Assembly (NCBI GenBank): GCA_035540475.1
Contig: DATLGK010000001.1
Coordinates: 3,989 to 67,988, forward strand
Length of the DNA stretch: 64,000 nucleotides
Direction: 5' to 3'
Source: Sphingomicrobium sp.
GTDB taxonomy: Bacteria; Pseudomonadota; Alphaproteobacteria; Sphingomonadales; Sphingomonadaceae
A program made the translations under genes and the position numbers. This document shows positions 49,232 through 59,145 of this stretch, in pieces. Under the pieces are notes generated by a model. The model had not been told where the DNA came from and ran no database searches. It worked only from the letters and a program-made list of their open reading frames with translations. Within the stretch, counting starts at the first letter, position 1. Each line of letters begins with the position of its first letter.

Positions 49232-50723
49232 GCGCCTCGATCCGTTCGGCCTCGCTTCGCTCGAAGGTGCGCACGACGCTCTCGGGCGGAGCCTTGTCGA
49301 GCAGGCTCACGACAATCGCCGCCGCGGTGCAGATGAGGAAGCCCGGCACCATCTCGTAGATCAGGCTGGAAAGCGCCGCGCCGCCGCCGAGCACCGGCGC
49401 GTAGATCCAGAACAGCACGGTCGCCGCGCCGAGGATCATGCCGGCCAGCGCGCCGTTGCGGGTCATCCGTTTCCAGGTGAGGCTGAGGATGACGATCGGC
49501 CCGAAGGCCGCGCCGAGCCCGGCCCAGGCATTGGCGACGAGCCCGAGAATCGTATTGTCCGGGCTCCAGGCGAGCATGATGGCGATGACCGCGACGACCA
49601 CCACCGACAGGCGCCCGGTCAGCACCAGCTCCTTCTGGGTCGCCTCGCGGCGCAGCCAGCGGCGGTAGAAATCCTCGGTCAGCGAGCTCGAGGAGACGAT
49701 CAGCTGCGAGGAGATGGTGCTCATGATCGCGGCGAGCAAAGCGGCGAGCATGAACCCGGTGATCAGCGGATGGAACAAAAGGCGCGAGAGGATGATGAAG
49801 ATCGTCTCGGGATCGGCGACGTCGAGGCCGTTGCGGGTCGCATAGGCAAGGCCGACGAAACCGGTCGCGAGCGCGCCGAGCAGGCTGATGGTCATCCAGC
49901 CCATGCCGATCGCGCGCATCAGCGGCACGTCGCGGATCGAGCGCACGGCCATGAAGCGGACGATGATGTGCGGCTGGCCGAAATAGCCGAGCCCCCAAGC
50001 GAGGCTGGAAATGATGGCGACAACGCTGAGGCTGCCGATGGCGTTGAGGAATTGGGGATTGACCGCAGCGACGGCTTCCCCGGCAATGCCTGGCCCGCCA
50101 AGCTCGATCAGAGCGACGATCGGCACCAGAACCAGCGCGACGAACATGATGCAGCCCTGGACGAAGTCGGTCAGACTGACCGCGAGAAAACCGCCGAAGT
50201 AAGTGTAGACGATGATCACTCCGGCGGTGAGCAGCAGGCCGAACGCATATTGGAGGCCGAACGCGCTTTCGAACAGCTTGCCGCCAGCGACCATGCCGCT
50301 CGACGTGTAGAGCGTGAAGAAGATGATGATCACGAGCGCCGAGATGGCGCGCAGCAGGCCGCTCTCATCCGCGAACCTTTTCTCGAAGAATTCCGGAACG
50401 GTAATCGAATCCCCGGCACGTTCGGTGTGCACCCGAAGGCGCGGCGCGACGACGCGGTAATTGGCATAAGCGCCGAGCACGAGGCCGACGGCGATCCAGC
50501 CCGCGCTGATCCCGATCCTGTAGGTTTCGCCGGGAAGCCCCATCAGCAGCCAGCCGCTCATATCCGCGGCTCCGGCCGACAGCGCCGCGACTGCGGGGCC
50601 GAGGTCGCGGCCGCCGAGCAGATAGCCCTTGATGTCCGAAGTCGACTTCTTCCAGGCGTAGAAGCCGATTGCCAGCATCGCCACGAAATAGGCCGTGATC
50701 GAGATGATCGCGCCGGTCTGCAT
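49212..50723 (-). CDS. putP: Sodium/proline symporter
   Basis: ALSAGAADMSGWLLMGLPG, GLGYFGQPHIIVRFMA, AAIMST, YEMVPGF. Confidence 0.93.
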   Translation of the reverse strand: MQTGAIISITAYFVAMLAIGFYAWKKSTSDIKGYLLGGRDLGPAVAALSAGAADMSGWLLMGLPGETYRIGISAGWIAVGLVLGAYANYRVVAPRLRVHTERAGDSITVPEFFEKRFADESGLLRAISALVIIIFFTLYTSSGMVAGGKLFESAFGLQYAFGLLLTAGVIIVYTYFGGFLAVSLTDFVQGCIMFVALVLVPIVALIELGGPGIAGEAVAAVNPQFLNAIGSLSVVAIISSLAWGLGYFGQPHIIVRFMAVRSIRDVPLMRAIGMGWMTISLLGALATGFVGLAYATRNGLDVADPETIFIILSRLLFHPLITGFMLAALLAAIMSTISSQLIVSSSSLTEDFYRRWLRREATQKELVLTGRLSVVVVAVIAIMLAWSPDNTILGLVANAWAGLGAAFGPIVILSLTWKRMTRNGALAGMILGAATVLFWIYAPVLGGGAALSSLIYEMVPGFLICTAAAIVVSLLDKAPPESVVRTFERSEAERIEALAGRRG

Positions 50724-51070
50724 CAGCCCTGGTCCCCCCTGCCGTCAGCCGCGACCGTAGCGCGGCATTCGTCCCGCGCAACTGGATTGCCGCGCGGCCG
50801 CCGCCGCTCGCAATGACGAGCTGAAAGTTGTCAAAGTTGACGGTTCCACGCGCGCGCAGGCGCGCGCGTACGCGAGCAGACGCCCAATCTTCGCGAATGT
50901 TCGTAATCATGGGGAGACTTCGGAAAGACCCGGACTGTTTGGAAAAGCAACCGACTCACAGCCGAGCTTAAGCCACAAAAGCCGCGCTGTAGGACAGCAA
51001 AATCACCAAAGCTGCGGAATGCACGCTTTGACCCATTGCCGCCATTTGAGCCGTTGTGCAGAATCACCCG

Positions 51071-51613
51071 ATGAGCGCCCGCACCGAAGAGCTTGACATG
51101 TTCCCCTTGGGCACAATCTTCCGCCGAACGCTCCCGCTTGGTTTTGCTTCAATATTAATGCTGAGCCTGATCCTAGGCGCATGGGACACCGATCAGTGGT
51201 CCGGTGTTCCTGTTAACCGGATCGTCGCTTTCGCATCGATCGTCTTCGTACTCGGATTGCTCGCGGCGGTGTTGATGGAGTGGGAGAGCCGCAGAGAAAG
51301 GCGTGGCTGGACGGTTACCTTGTCCGAAGAGCTAATTTCCATCGCTGACGAAAAAGGCACAAGGACAGAGTTGCCTACATCTTCGATCCACGTCGTCGTA
51401 GCCGTGGCGAGCCAAACTGCTTGGCGTAATGACTTGGACATTGCCTTATTTGATCATTGCGACGAGCCGCTGATCTCGTTTCCCCTCGTCGCAGTAGGCG
51501 GCGACGCTTTCATTGAGTTGCTCTCGTGCAAGAGGGGTTTTGATGCGGCTGCGTTCGCTGCGGCTAAAGCATCGTGCCGGTCCACTGGCCACGCAATCTG
51601 GGTAGCCGACTAA
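51071..51613 (+). CDS. Hypothetical 2-TM protein (lower GC)
   Basis: Two TM helices plus a beta-rich C-domain; many A/T-ending codons. Confidence 0.6.
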   Translation: MSARTEELDMFPLGTIFRRTLPLGFASILMLSLILGAWDTDQWSGVPVNRIVAFASIVFVLGLLAAVLMEWESRRERRGWTVTLSEELISIADEKGTRTELPTSSIHVVVAVASQTAWRNDLDIALFDHCDEPLISFPLVAVGGDAFIELLSCKRGFDAAAFAAAKASCRSTGHAIWVAD

Positions 51614-51706
51614 TGTCCGCATTCCACCCATGCAGACGCTTCGCCGACGACCGTATCACCGCTTCTTCAGGCAGCTGCCGCAGCGCAAACTAGGGAATGA
51701 GCCGCA

Positions 51707-51913
51707 GTGACGACGCTGATGATTATACTCGGAGCCATAATTCTGAGTGCCGGAGTGTGGGCAATGATTCACGGTTCGCGGCGGGAAAAGCCCGGCCCAG
51801 CAAACAATTGGCAGAATGAGGATTACTTATCGCGCAAGGCCGATGGGACTTGGTCCGAGGGCTCGACCTACTCCAAGTCGCCGCCACGAGATAGTACGGG
51901 CTTGGGTCTCTAA
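51707..51913 (+). CDS. Small single-TM hypothetical protein
   Basis: N-terminal TM followed by a polar tail. Confidence 0.5.
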   Translation: MTTLMIILGAIILSAGVWAMIHGSRREKPGPANNWQNEDYLSRKADGTWSEGSTYSKSPPRDSTGLGL

Positions 51914-51976
51914 ACTGCACATTCGCGTTTGCTTTTCCACCCAAAGCAGACACTCCCGCAAGGCCGCCACGTTCGC

Positions 51977-54900
51977 TCAATAATCCTTGCTCACCCGAAC
52001 CGCGGCGCTGGTCCGGCCGATGGTTGAGATGGTCGAGAGAAGGGAGAGCCAGCGGGTCATCTGATATTCGATCTGGGTCGCCGAATAGCCCTGGCCGTCG
52101 GTCACCACTTCGACGAACAATTTGCGGGTGATGTATTTGCCGGCGGCGATCGCGGTCTTCTGCCCGGTGGCGACGTCGGCGGGGACGATGCGCAGACGGT
52201 CGAGGCCGACCGCGCGGCGCAGCGCGTTGATCGGATCGACGCTGCCCGAGCCCGACTGAAGCGCGGCGACGGCGGAGGCGAGCTGCAAGGCTTCGGGCGC
52301 CGACAGGTTGGTGATCGAAGTGCCGAACAGGATCCGCGACAGCAGCTCATCCTGCGGCAGCGGGGGCGAGCTGGCGAAGGTGATTTCAGGCTTGAGGCCG
52401 GTGCCGCCGACGCTGACGCTGGCGTCGAGCCCCTGGACCTGCGCTTCGGCATGGATGTCGAGCAAGGGATCGGGCGGGCTTTCGCCGCGGAAGCGGATCA
52501 CACCCCGCTCGAGCCGGAAGTTGCGGCCGGCGAAATCGTAATTGCCCTGGACGAGGTCGGCGCGGCCAGTGAAGCGAGGCGCGTCGGCGAGGCCGCCGAT
52601 CTGGAGGTTGGTGGTCCAGCGGCTGTTGATGCCAAGGCCGGTGACCTGGAGGTTGCCGCCGGCGAGCTTGAGATCGAGCCGCCACGGCCTCAGACGTTCG
52701 GCCTCGATCACGTCGTCGGCATCGAGGCCGGTCTGGCGCACGTTGAGGCGCGGCACGGACGCGGCCGCGCCGGCTCGGCCGAGCTGGAAGCGCCCGCGAT
52801 CGAGGCGCAGGTCGCCCGAAATGGTGCCGCCGTTGCCGTCCGAGCGAAGGCGGATCGGGCCGGTGACGCGGGCCGCGACGTCGTCGCGGTTGAGCAGCAG
52901 CGCGTCGCGCGCGGTGAAGGCAAGGTCGAGCGCGGTCTTGCCGCCCGAGAAGGTGATCGCGCCGCTGCCGCTGACCGCGCCGCCGCCGCTGGTCTGGCCG
53001 GAAATCTGGCTGAAGATCAGTTGCGGGCCGGAAAAGCGCGCTTGGCTGGTCACATTGTCGATCACCATGCCGGTGACCTGGCTCGCGAGCTGGGCGTTCT
53101 GGGTCCTGAGCGAACCACGGATGACGGGGTCGGCGAGGCGTCCGCCGATATCGGCGCCGACCGCGAGCGGTCCCGACATGTCGATCACTTCGCTGCCAGT
53201 CAGCCGCCACAAGGTGTCGGCGGGGCCGGAGTAACGCAGCTGCGCAAACAAAGGCGCATTCATCAGCTCGGCGATCAGCGGGCCGTTGCCCATCGGCGCG
53301 AAGCGGGCCTGGGCGCGTCCGACGATCGCGCCCTCGCTGGCGGCGACGGCGCGCATTGCCGCCTGCCGACCGTTGACGTTTGCGGCGATCCCGACATCGA
53401 TCGGCTTGGACGCGAGCACCAGGCCGGCGCGGCTGAGGCCACGAACCCTGAGGTCGAGCCGGCCGCTGCGATTGTTCTTCCACGCATAATCGACGCGGCC
53501 GGTCGCGGCGCCCGACAGCTTGAGGTCGGGCCACAACAAATCGAGCAGCTCGAGCGGCATTGCGCCGAGCTGCGCGTGCACTTCGGGCGCCGAGCCGCTG
53601 CGCCCGGAAACCGTGGCGCTGCCGCCGCCGAAGCTGAGGTTGGTCGGGGCGAGCGCCCAGCCGTCGCCCGCGCGCGTCAGCACCGCGGCCTGGCGAAGGA
53701 TCAGCGGCTGGCGGTTGACGCGGCCGCTGCCGGTCAGGCGGATCGTATCGGGCGAGACGTCGGCGAGGGTCGAGAATGCGAAGGCCGCGCCCCGCCGCCC
53801 GGCGAAGGCTGCGCGGACCTGGCCGACGCCGTTGACCAGCCTGGCGTTGGCCTGCAGCTGGGCGAGCGTGACCGCGCCCGAGGTGAGGCCGCGCGCGCTC
53901 GCGCTGCCCTCGATCGTCGTGCGGTCGTCGGCAAGGACGATGACACCGTCGACACGGCCGCTGCGCACCGAAAAAGCGTCGGGGAAGCTGGCGTTGGTGG
54001 CAGTCAGATGCGCTTCGATGCGCTGCGCCGTCCCGGCGGGGGCGAAGTCCAAGGTGCCGGCAAGAGTTCCCCCGGCGAGCACAAGCCGCCCGGCAAAACC
54101 GCCGGGGAGCGAGCGCAGATCGCCGCTGGCGCGGGCGCCGCCGGCCTCGAGCGCGGCGATCGACACGACCGTCGTCCCGCCCGGCGGGAGGAGGATGCGG
54201 CCATTGCTGGTGAAGGGGCCGAGGCGCGAGCCGCCGCTGGCACGATAGTCGAACCCGGCGGCGGTCGGTTCGAGCAGCAGCCGCATCGCGCGGATGCCGA
54301 GCGCGTCGTTGGGCCGCTCGAGGAACAGCTCGACCCGCGGCCTTTCGATCTCCCCGTCGAGGACCATCCGCAGCGGCCCGTATTTGGCTTGCCGCCCGCT
54401 GGCGACAATGTGGAACGTGCCGTCGCGCAGGCGATGGCCGGAGCCGGACAGCCGAAGCTTCGGCGAGTAGAGCTGCAAATTGCTGAAATGGACGATACCA
54501 TCGCTGCCGCGGCGAAGATCGGTGGTGAGCGAAGGAAGCCCGCCGGTGAGATCGCGGAAGAAGCTGTTGTCGAGCCGCCGCACCCAGGCCTTGGCGCTGC
54601 CCGCGACATAGCTGCCCTTGCCGTTCGGGCCGGGGACGACCTTGAGGTCAGTCAGCACGTCGACCACCCCGAGGCCGGGGATCAGATAGCGCTGCATCGC
54701 GCCCGACAGTTGAACCTCGAAGCGCCCCGTCACGAGATCGACGAGAAGCGAAATCCGGCCGTTCCACTTCGCGCTGGTCAGCCGAAGCCCCTCGCCGCGA
54801 AGCAATTTCGGAGTCAGCGTCAGCCAGCCCTCGATGGCGGGATTGGCGAGCATAGCCCCGGCAACGTCGCCGATGCCGGTGATCGCCCGGGCCGAGAGCC

Positions 54901-56149
54901 GCAGGGGCACGCGCATCGGCCAGGCGGAAAGGCGTCCCCTCCCCTCCGCCCGCAAGGCGACGAAGCCGGTATCGTCGAACTTCACGCCCTCCGAGGTGAG
55001 GCGGTAGGAATAATCGGCGGTGCCGAACGGCCCGTCGAGGGTCCAGACCAGCCGCACGTTGCGCCCCGTCATGTTGGTGAACAGCGCCGGCGGGCGCACG
55101 AGATCGACGCCAAGGCGAAGGTCGCGGTAGCGGTTGCGACCAAGGTCGACCGCGCCCCTGGCGACAACGCGAAGCGCGGCAGACGTGCCGCTGAGCTGCC
55201 CGTCGAGGATGCGGTTGGTGAGCCTCGCTTGCCCACGCAGGGTCACGACGGGGACGGTCAGCCGTTGCAGCCGGCCGGAGAGGAACTGGGCCGGCGCCCA
55301 GCGCCCCTGGAGACGATAGAGGCCCTTATCAACGCCGAGCGCGAGCCGGGCCGTGGGCTGGCCGGACAGGTTGAGCGCAGCGCTGCCGCGCCAGCGTGTC
55401 CAGCTGCCGCGCCCGCCAATGTCGAGATCGATCGAGCGCTTTGTCCCGACCAGCGCCGGGATCACGCCGTCAGCGGGCGAAATGACCCGCGCGGCGACGT
55501 CGAAGCGATCGCGGTCCGGCTCCGCATCGAGGCGCAAGGCGATGCGGTCGCCGCCGTCGTCGACCAGGGCTCGAAGCTCGACCAGCGCCCGCCCCGATCG
55601 CACGTCGGCCCTTCCGAACAGCCTGCCGCTGCGCGGGCGCCCGCTGACCTGCGGGCCAATGTCGAGCCGGTCGATCCTCAGCTCGCCGATGCGGATGTCG
55701 AAAGCGGGAAGGATCGGCCCCTTCTTCGTGCTCGGCTTGAGTTTGGGGAGCCGGACGAGCGTCGCCCGCTCCGCAGTCAGGCTGTCGATCGACAGCCTGT
55801 TCTGAAGCCAGGCCCCGGGAGTCCAGTCGAGCTTGATGTTGGGTGAGGTGAAGAAGACCCCGGTGGAATCCGATATCCTGACGTTGCGCAGTTCGGACTT
55901 GCCGAAGATCGATCCGTCGATCCGCCCGATCTCGATCCGCAGGCCCGAGGCGGTCTCCAGCCCGGCGATGCGATCGACGACCCAGCGGTGGCCGGGCGCG
56001 CTGTCGAGAAGGACGAGGAGCGCGGCAAACAGCAGAAGCAGCGCGACGAACAAAGCGAACAGCTCGTTGAGCAATCTCCGCGGCCAGTCGCTGCGAAGCC
56101 TGCGCCGCGGCGGTTCGCCGCCTTCGACCGCGACCGCGGCCTCGGCCAT
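51977..56149 (-). CDS. tamB: Translocation and assembly module TamB
   Basis: N-terminal anchor, long beta-taco repeats, C-terminal DUF490-like region (AAGKYIT...EYQMTRWL). Confidence 0.92.
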   Translation of the reverse strand: MAEAAVAVEGGEPPRRRLRSDWPRRLLNELFALFVALLLLFAALLVLLDSAPGHRWVVDRIAGLETASGLRIEIGRIDGSIFGKSELRNVRISDSTGVFFTSPNIKLDWTPGAWLQNRLSIDSLTAERATLVRLPKLKPSTKKGPILPAFDIRIGELRIDRLDIGPQVSGRPRSGRLFGRADVRSGRALVELRALVDDGGDRIALRLDAEPDRDRFDVAARVISPADGVIPALVGTKRSIDLDIGGRGSWTRWRGSAALNLSGQPTARLALGVDKGLYRLQGRWAPAQFLSGRLQRLTVPVVTLRGQARLTNRILDGQLSGTSAALRVVARGAVDLGRNRYRDLRLGVDLVRPPALFTNMTGRNVRLVWTLDGPFGTADYSYRLTSEGVKFDDTGFVALRAEGRGRLSAWPMRVPLRLSARAITGIGDVAGAMLANPAIEGWLTLTPKLLRGEGLRLTSAKWNGRISLLVDLVTGRFEVQLSGAMQRYLIPGLGVVDVLTDLKVVPGPNGKGSYVAGSAKAWVRRLDNSFFRDLTGGLPSLTTDLRRGSDGIVHFSNLQLYSPKLRLSGSGHRLRDGTFHIVASGRQAKYGPLRMVLDGEIERPRVELFLERPNDALGIRAMRLLLEPTAAGFDYRASGGSRLGPFTSNGRILLPPGGTTVVSIAALEAGGARASGDLRSLPGGFAGRLVLAGGTLAGTLDFAPAGTAQRIEAHLTATNASFPDAFSVRSGRVDGVIVLADDRTTIEGSASARGLTSGAVTLAQLQANARLVNGVGQVRAAFAGRRGAAFAFSTLADVSPDTIRLTGSGRVNRQPLILRQAAVLTRAGDGWALAPTNLSFGGGSATVSGRSGSAPEVHAQLGAMPLELLDLLWPDLKLSGAATGRVDYAWKNNRSGRLDLRVRGLSRAGLVLASKPIDVGIAANVNGRQAAMRAVAASEGAIVGRAQARFAPMGNGPLIAELMNAPLFAQLRYSGPADTLWRLTGSEVIDMSGPLAVGADIGGRLADPVIRGSLRTQNAQLASQVTGMVIDNVTSQARFSGPQLIFSQISGQTSGGGAVSGSGAITFSGGKTALDLAFTARDALLLNRDDVAARVTGPIRLRSDGNGGTISGDLRLDRGRFQLGRAGAAASVPRLNVRQTGLDADDVIEAERLRPWRLDLKLAGGNLQVTGLGINSRWTTNLQIGGLADAPRFTGRADLVQGNYDFAGRNFRLERGVIRFRGESPPDPLLDIHAEAQVQGLDASVSVGGTGLKPEITFASSPPLPQDELLSRILFGTSITNLSAPEALQLASAVAALQSGSGSVDPINALRRAVGLDRLRIVPADVATGQKTAIAAGKYITRKLFVEVVTDGQGYSATQIEYQMTRWLSLLSTISTIGRTSAAVRVSKDY

Positions 56150-58140
56150 CAGAAGGCCTGACCCAGAGAAACGGTCACCGCGACCGGACCATCGCCCTTT
56201 TCCCGGTTGAGCGGCGTGCCGACGTCGATGCGGATCGGGCCGAAGCTCGAATAATAGCGCACGCCGATTCCGGCGCCGAGCCGCCAATTGCCGAAATCCG
56301 GGCTCGCCTTGGTGCTGAGCGAACCGCCATCGATGAACGGCACGATTCCGAAATTGCCGCCGAAGCGATTGAGCCGGATGCGCGCCTCGAGCGCGAATTC
56401 GGCCAGCCCGCGGCCGCCGATCGGATCGCCGTCGACGTCCTTGGGTCCGAGCCGCTGGTAGCCGTAGCCGCGTACCGATCCGCCGCCGCCCGAATAGAGC
56501 CGGCGCGAGGGTGCAATGTCGTAGACGCTTGCTCCGAAAATGGTGCCGAGGCGAACGCGGCCGGCGGCGACCGTGCGGCTGCCGAGCGGATGATAGGCGC
56601 TGGCATCGAACTGGGTGCGAGCATAGCTGCGATGGCCGCCGTGAGAGGATACTTCGGGACTGACACGGCCGGTCAGGCGGAAGCCGCGGGTCGGGTCGAG
56701 CAGGCTGTCGCTGCCGTCATAGCCCAAAGTTACCGGCGCAGCCGCAATCAGGAACTTGCGGGTCGACTTGACGCGCGCAGGGCTGAACACGCCGCGCTCA
56801 TCGGTGCCCAGGATCTCGCCGCCGTAAACCCACGTCCAGCGTTTTTGCCAGATGAAGTTGCTCTGCCGTTCGATGTAGCCGGCGACGAGCGCGGTGCGCG
56901 CTTCGTAAGCGTCGAATTTCTGGTTGGACACGGTGGCGGTGAGGTTGAGCACCTGGTCGCGGCGCAGGAAATTGCTGCGCCGGAACTGGACGCCGGCAAG
57001 CTGCTCGTTGGTGCCAAGCACGCCGCGCAGCGTCAGCGCGCCTTCGGGGTTGAAGAAATTGCGGTCGGTCCAGCTCGCTTCGAGCCGCAGCCCTTGGCCG
57101 GTGCCGTAACCCGCCTCTCCGGCGATGGTGCGCGACGGCGACGGTTCGAGCCGGACATTGACGTCGACGGTCCGGCCGCCGTTGGTCGGGGCCAGCTGGA
57201 CCTCGGCATTGGCGACGAGCGTGGTGGCGATGAGCGCTCGACGCAAATCATCGAGCTTCGAACGCTGGAACGGGTCGCCGGGCTTGAACCGCGCGATGGT
57301 GGCGACGTGACGCGCGCTGAACGGCGGCCGGCCGCTGACGCGGATCACGCCGAAGCGAGCGACGGGCCCCGGATTGACCGGTAGCCGCAGCGTCGCGAGC
57401 CTGGTCTCGTGGTTGATCTCGATGTCCTGCTCGCCGACCTTCGCTTCGGCGAAGCCGAGCTCGCCAAGCGCGCGGGTCAGGGCAAGCTCGCCCGCGATCA
57501 CTTCGGCGGCGATGACCGGATCCCCCGGCTTGATCCCGAATTCCTCGGCCAGCCGCGCGGCCTCGGGCCCCGCCGCGTCGAGGCCGGGGAGCTCGACCGA
57601 GGCGAAGCGGTATTGCGCGCCCGGCGCTGCGCTCAGCACGACGCGCAGCCCCGAGCCGTCCGCCTGGGTGCTCGGCTCCACCACGGCATCGTAATAGCCC
57701 TGGCTGCGCAGCAGCTCGGTCAGAAGCTCGGCGTCGGCGCTCGCCCGGCGGCCGATCTGCGCCGCATTGGCCGCGTCCTTCCGATCCGCGTCGAGCGCCG
57801 ACTGGCGATGGAAGGAGTCGAGTATCTCTTCGCCGTTGGCGACGCCGTCGAGGCCTTCGATGGAAACCGTGTAGCGGACGGCGCCGCTCGTCGCGGTGAC
57901 CTGCTGCGACGGGCTGGGACCAGCGGCACTTGGTGCCGGCGGGGCTGTGCCGCGAAGGTCGAGATCGGGCCATTCGACGCCCAGATCCGGCATCGGATCG
58001 AGCGGCGCTGTGGGGTCGAGCTCCGCCGGATCAGCCGACTGGGCGACGCCCTGGGCATGGGCGGGAGCGCCGCACAATGCGGCCGCGGCGGCCGCGCAGC
58101 GCAGCCGTGCCGACCATGGCCTTGATCCCCGCCCACTCAT
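56149..58140 (-). CDS. tamA: Omp85-family TamA
   Basis: POTRA repeats, SGGGGSVRGYGY, GPIRIDVG, C-terminal SLGQAF. Confidence 0.92.
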   Translation of the reverse strand: MSGRGSRPWSARLRCAAAAAALCGAPAHAQGVAQSADPAELDPTAPLDPMPDLGVEWPDLDLRGTAPPAPSAAGPSPSQQVTATSGAVRYTVSIEGLDGVANGEEILDSFHRQSALDADRKDAANAAQIGRRASADAELLTELLRSQGYYDAVVEPSTQADGSGLRVVLSAAPGAQYRFASVELPGLDAAGPEAARLAEEFGIKPGDPVIAAEVIAGELALTRALGELGFAEAKVGEQDIEINHETRLATLRLPVNPGPVARFGVIRVSGRPPFSARHVATIARFKPGDPFQRSKLDDLRRALIATTLVANAEVQLAPTNGGRTVDVNVRLEPSPSRTIAGEAGYGTGQGLRLEASWTDRNFFNPEGALTLRGVLGTNEQLAGVQFRRSNFLRRDQVLNLTATVSNQKFDAYEARTALVAGYIERQSNFIWQKRWTWVYGGEILGTDERGVFSPARVKSTRKFLIAAAPVTLGYDGSDSLLDPTRGFRLTGRVSPEVSSHGGHRSYARTQFDASAYHPLGSRTVAAGRVRLGTIFGASVYDIAPSRRLYSGGGGSVRGYGYQRLGPKDVDGDPIGGRGLAEFALEARIRLNRFGGNFGIVPFIDGGSLSTKASPDFGNWRLGAGIGVRYYSSFGPIRIDVGTPLNREKGDGPVAVTVSLGQAF

Positions 58141-58205
58141 CGAGGCCGAGCCTTAACTAGCGCTTCTGAACGGCGCCAGTACGTTTCTTACGCTTTTTCC
58201 GGCCT

Positions 58206-58415
58206 TTAGTGGACCGTTCCTTCGATGCCGTCGCTGCTCAAGGTGGCGATCACGCGCTCGATCTGTCGCCAGTGGCAAAAGCGCAGGACATTGCCGGTTT
58301 CGCGGCTGCGCGCGGCACGCGCGGCGGCCTCGGACAAAGCGTCCGCCCCATATCGGTCGATGAGATCGTTGGCGTCGGACAAGGCGACGCGGCCGTGAAT
58401 GAAGATGCCGTCCAT
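58206..58415 (-). CDS. Small conserved hypothetical protein
   Basis: GAGG RBS; helical 69-aa product (FCHWRQIER). Confidence 0.7.
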   Translation of the reverse strand: MDGIFIHGRVALSDANDLIDRYGADALSEAAARAARSRETGNVLRFCHWRQIERVIATLSSDGIEGTVH

Positions 58416-58526
58416 CGCCTCGCTTTAACCGCTCCGCCGTTTCGCGACTGACGACAAAGTTCGTCAACGCCGCGTTGACCATCATCAAGGTTGGCGCGAA
58501 CGAGCTGCCTCTGGCATGGGCGGCCG

Positions 58527-58697
58527 ATGGTTGACCGCACGTCTCGCGCCGGAGGATGTTTCCTCACTCTTTGCATCCTCGCCGGGTTCGGCGTTGGCCT
58601 CGCGATCGACGATCCGATGAAGGGCGTGCTGATCGGCACCGGCATTGGGATCGTCATCGCCGTCGCCATCTGGCTGCTCGACCGCCGCCGCGGCTAG
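58527..58697 (+). CDS. Small 2-TM membrane protein
   Basis: Gly-rich hairpin of two helices ending in DRRRG. Confidence 0.65.
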   Translation: MVDRTSRAGGCFLTLCILAGFGVGLAIDDPMKGVLIGTGIGIVIAVAIWLLDRRRG

Positions 58698-59144
58698 GCC
58701 GGCGCAATGTCGAAGTGGAGGACCTGCTCCTCCCGCCCGAGCTTGCGGTAGAGGGCGACTGCCGGCTCATCGACGAGGTCAGCCTGGACGAACATCATCC
58801 ACGCCCGCCGTTGAAGCGCGATCGGCTTAAGCGCCTCGATCAATGCCGTGGCGACACCGCGGCGCCGGAACAGTTCGGCGACAGCGAGGTCGTAGATGTA
58901 GATCTCGCTGCGTTCCGCTTCATATTTGACCAGCTCGTAGGCCGCGATTCCGCCGATGACGGCGCCGTCGACGATTGCGGCAAGCGCGATGAACTTTGGG
59001 TCGGCAAGCAGAGCCTGCATGTAATCGTCGGAAGGCCTCGGCCGGTCAGGCTCGGCGAACGCCTGGTTGAACATGTCACGCCACGAATGCGGTGTCCGTA
59101 TCGGCCGGCCCGAGCCGCCGGACCGACCAGTCCTTCGCCGCCAC
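58694..59144 (-). pseudogene. AAC(3)-I-like GNAT acetyltransferase, frameshifted near the 5' end
   Basis: The C-part from ATG 59074 has EIYIYDLAV..RRRGVATALI, FVQAD..DEPAVALY..LG..VLHFDI. The N-part MAAKDWSVRRLGPAD (GTG 59144) is in another frame and stops at 59076. Confidence 0.7.
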
Positions 59145-59145
59145 G

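Noticed and set aside
52451-55846. 1131-aa plus-strand ORF (likewise 48954-50816, 9848-11374, 11599-13023, 38236-39660, 35240-36460)
   Set aside because: These are antisense shadows of well-supported genes (tamB, putP, gcvP, the TBDR, ychF). High GC suppresses stop codons, and they have no recognisable motifs.
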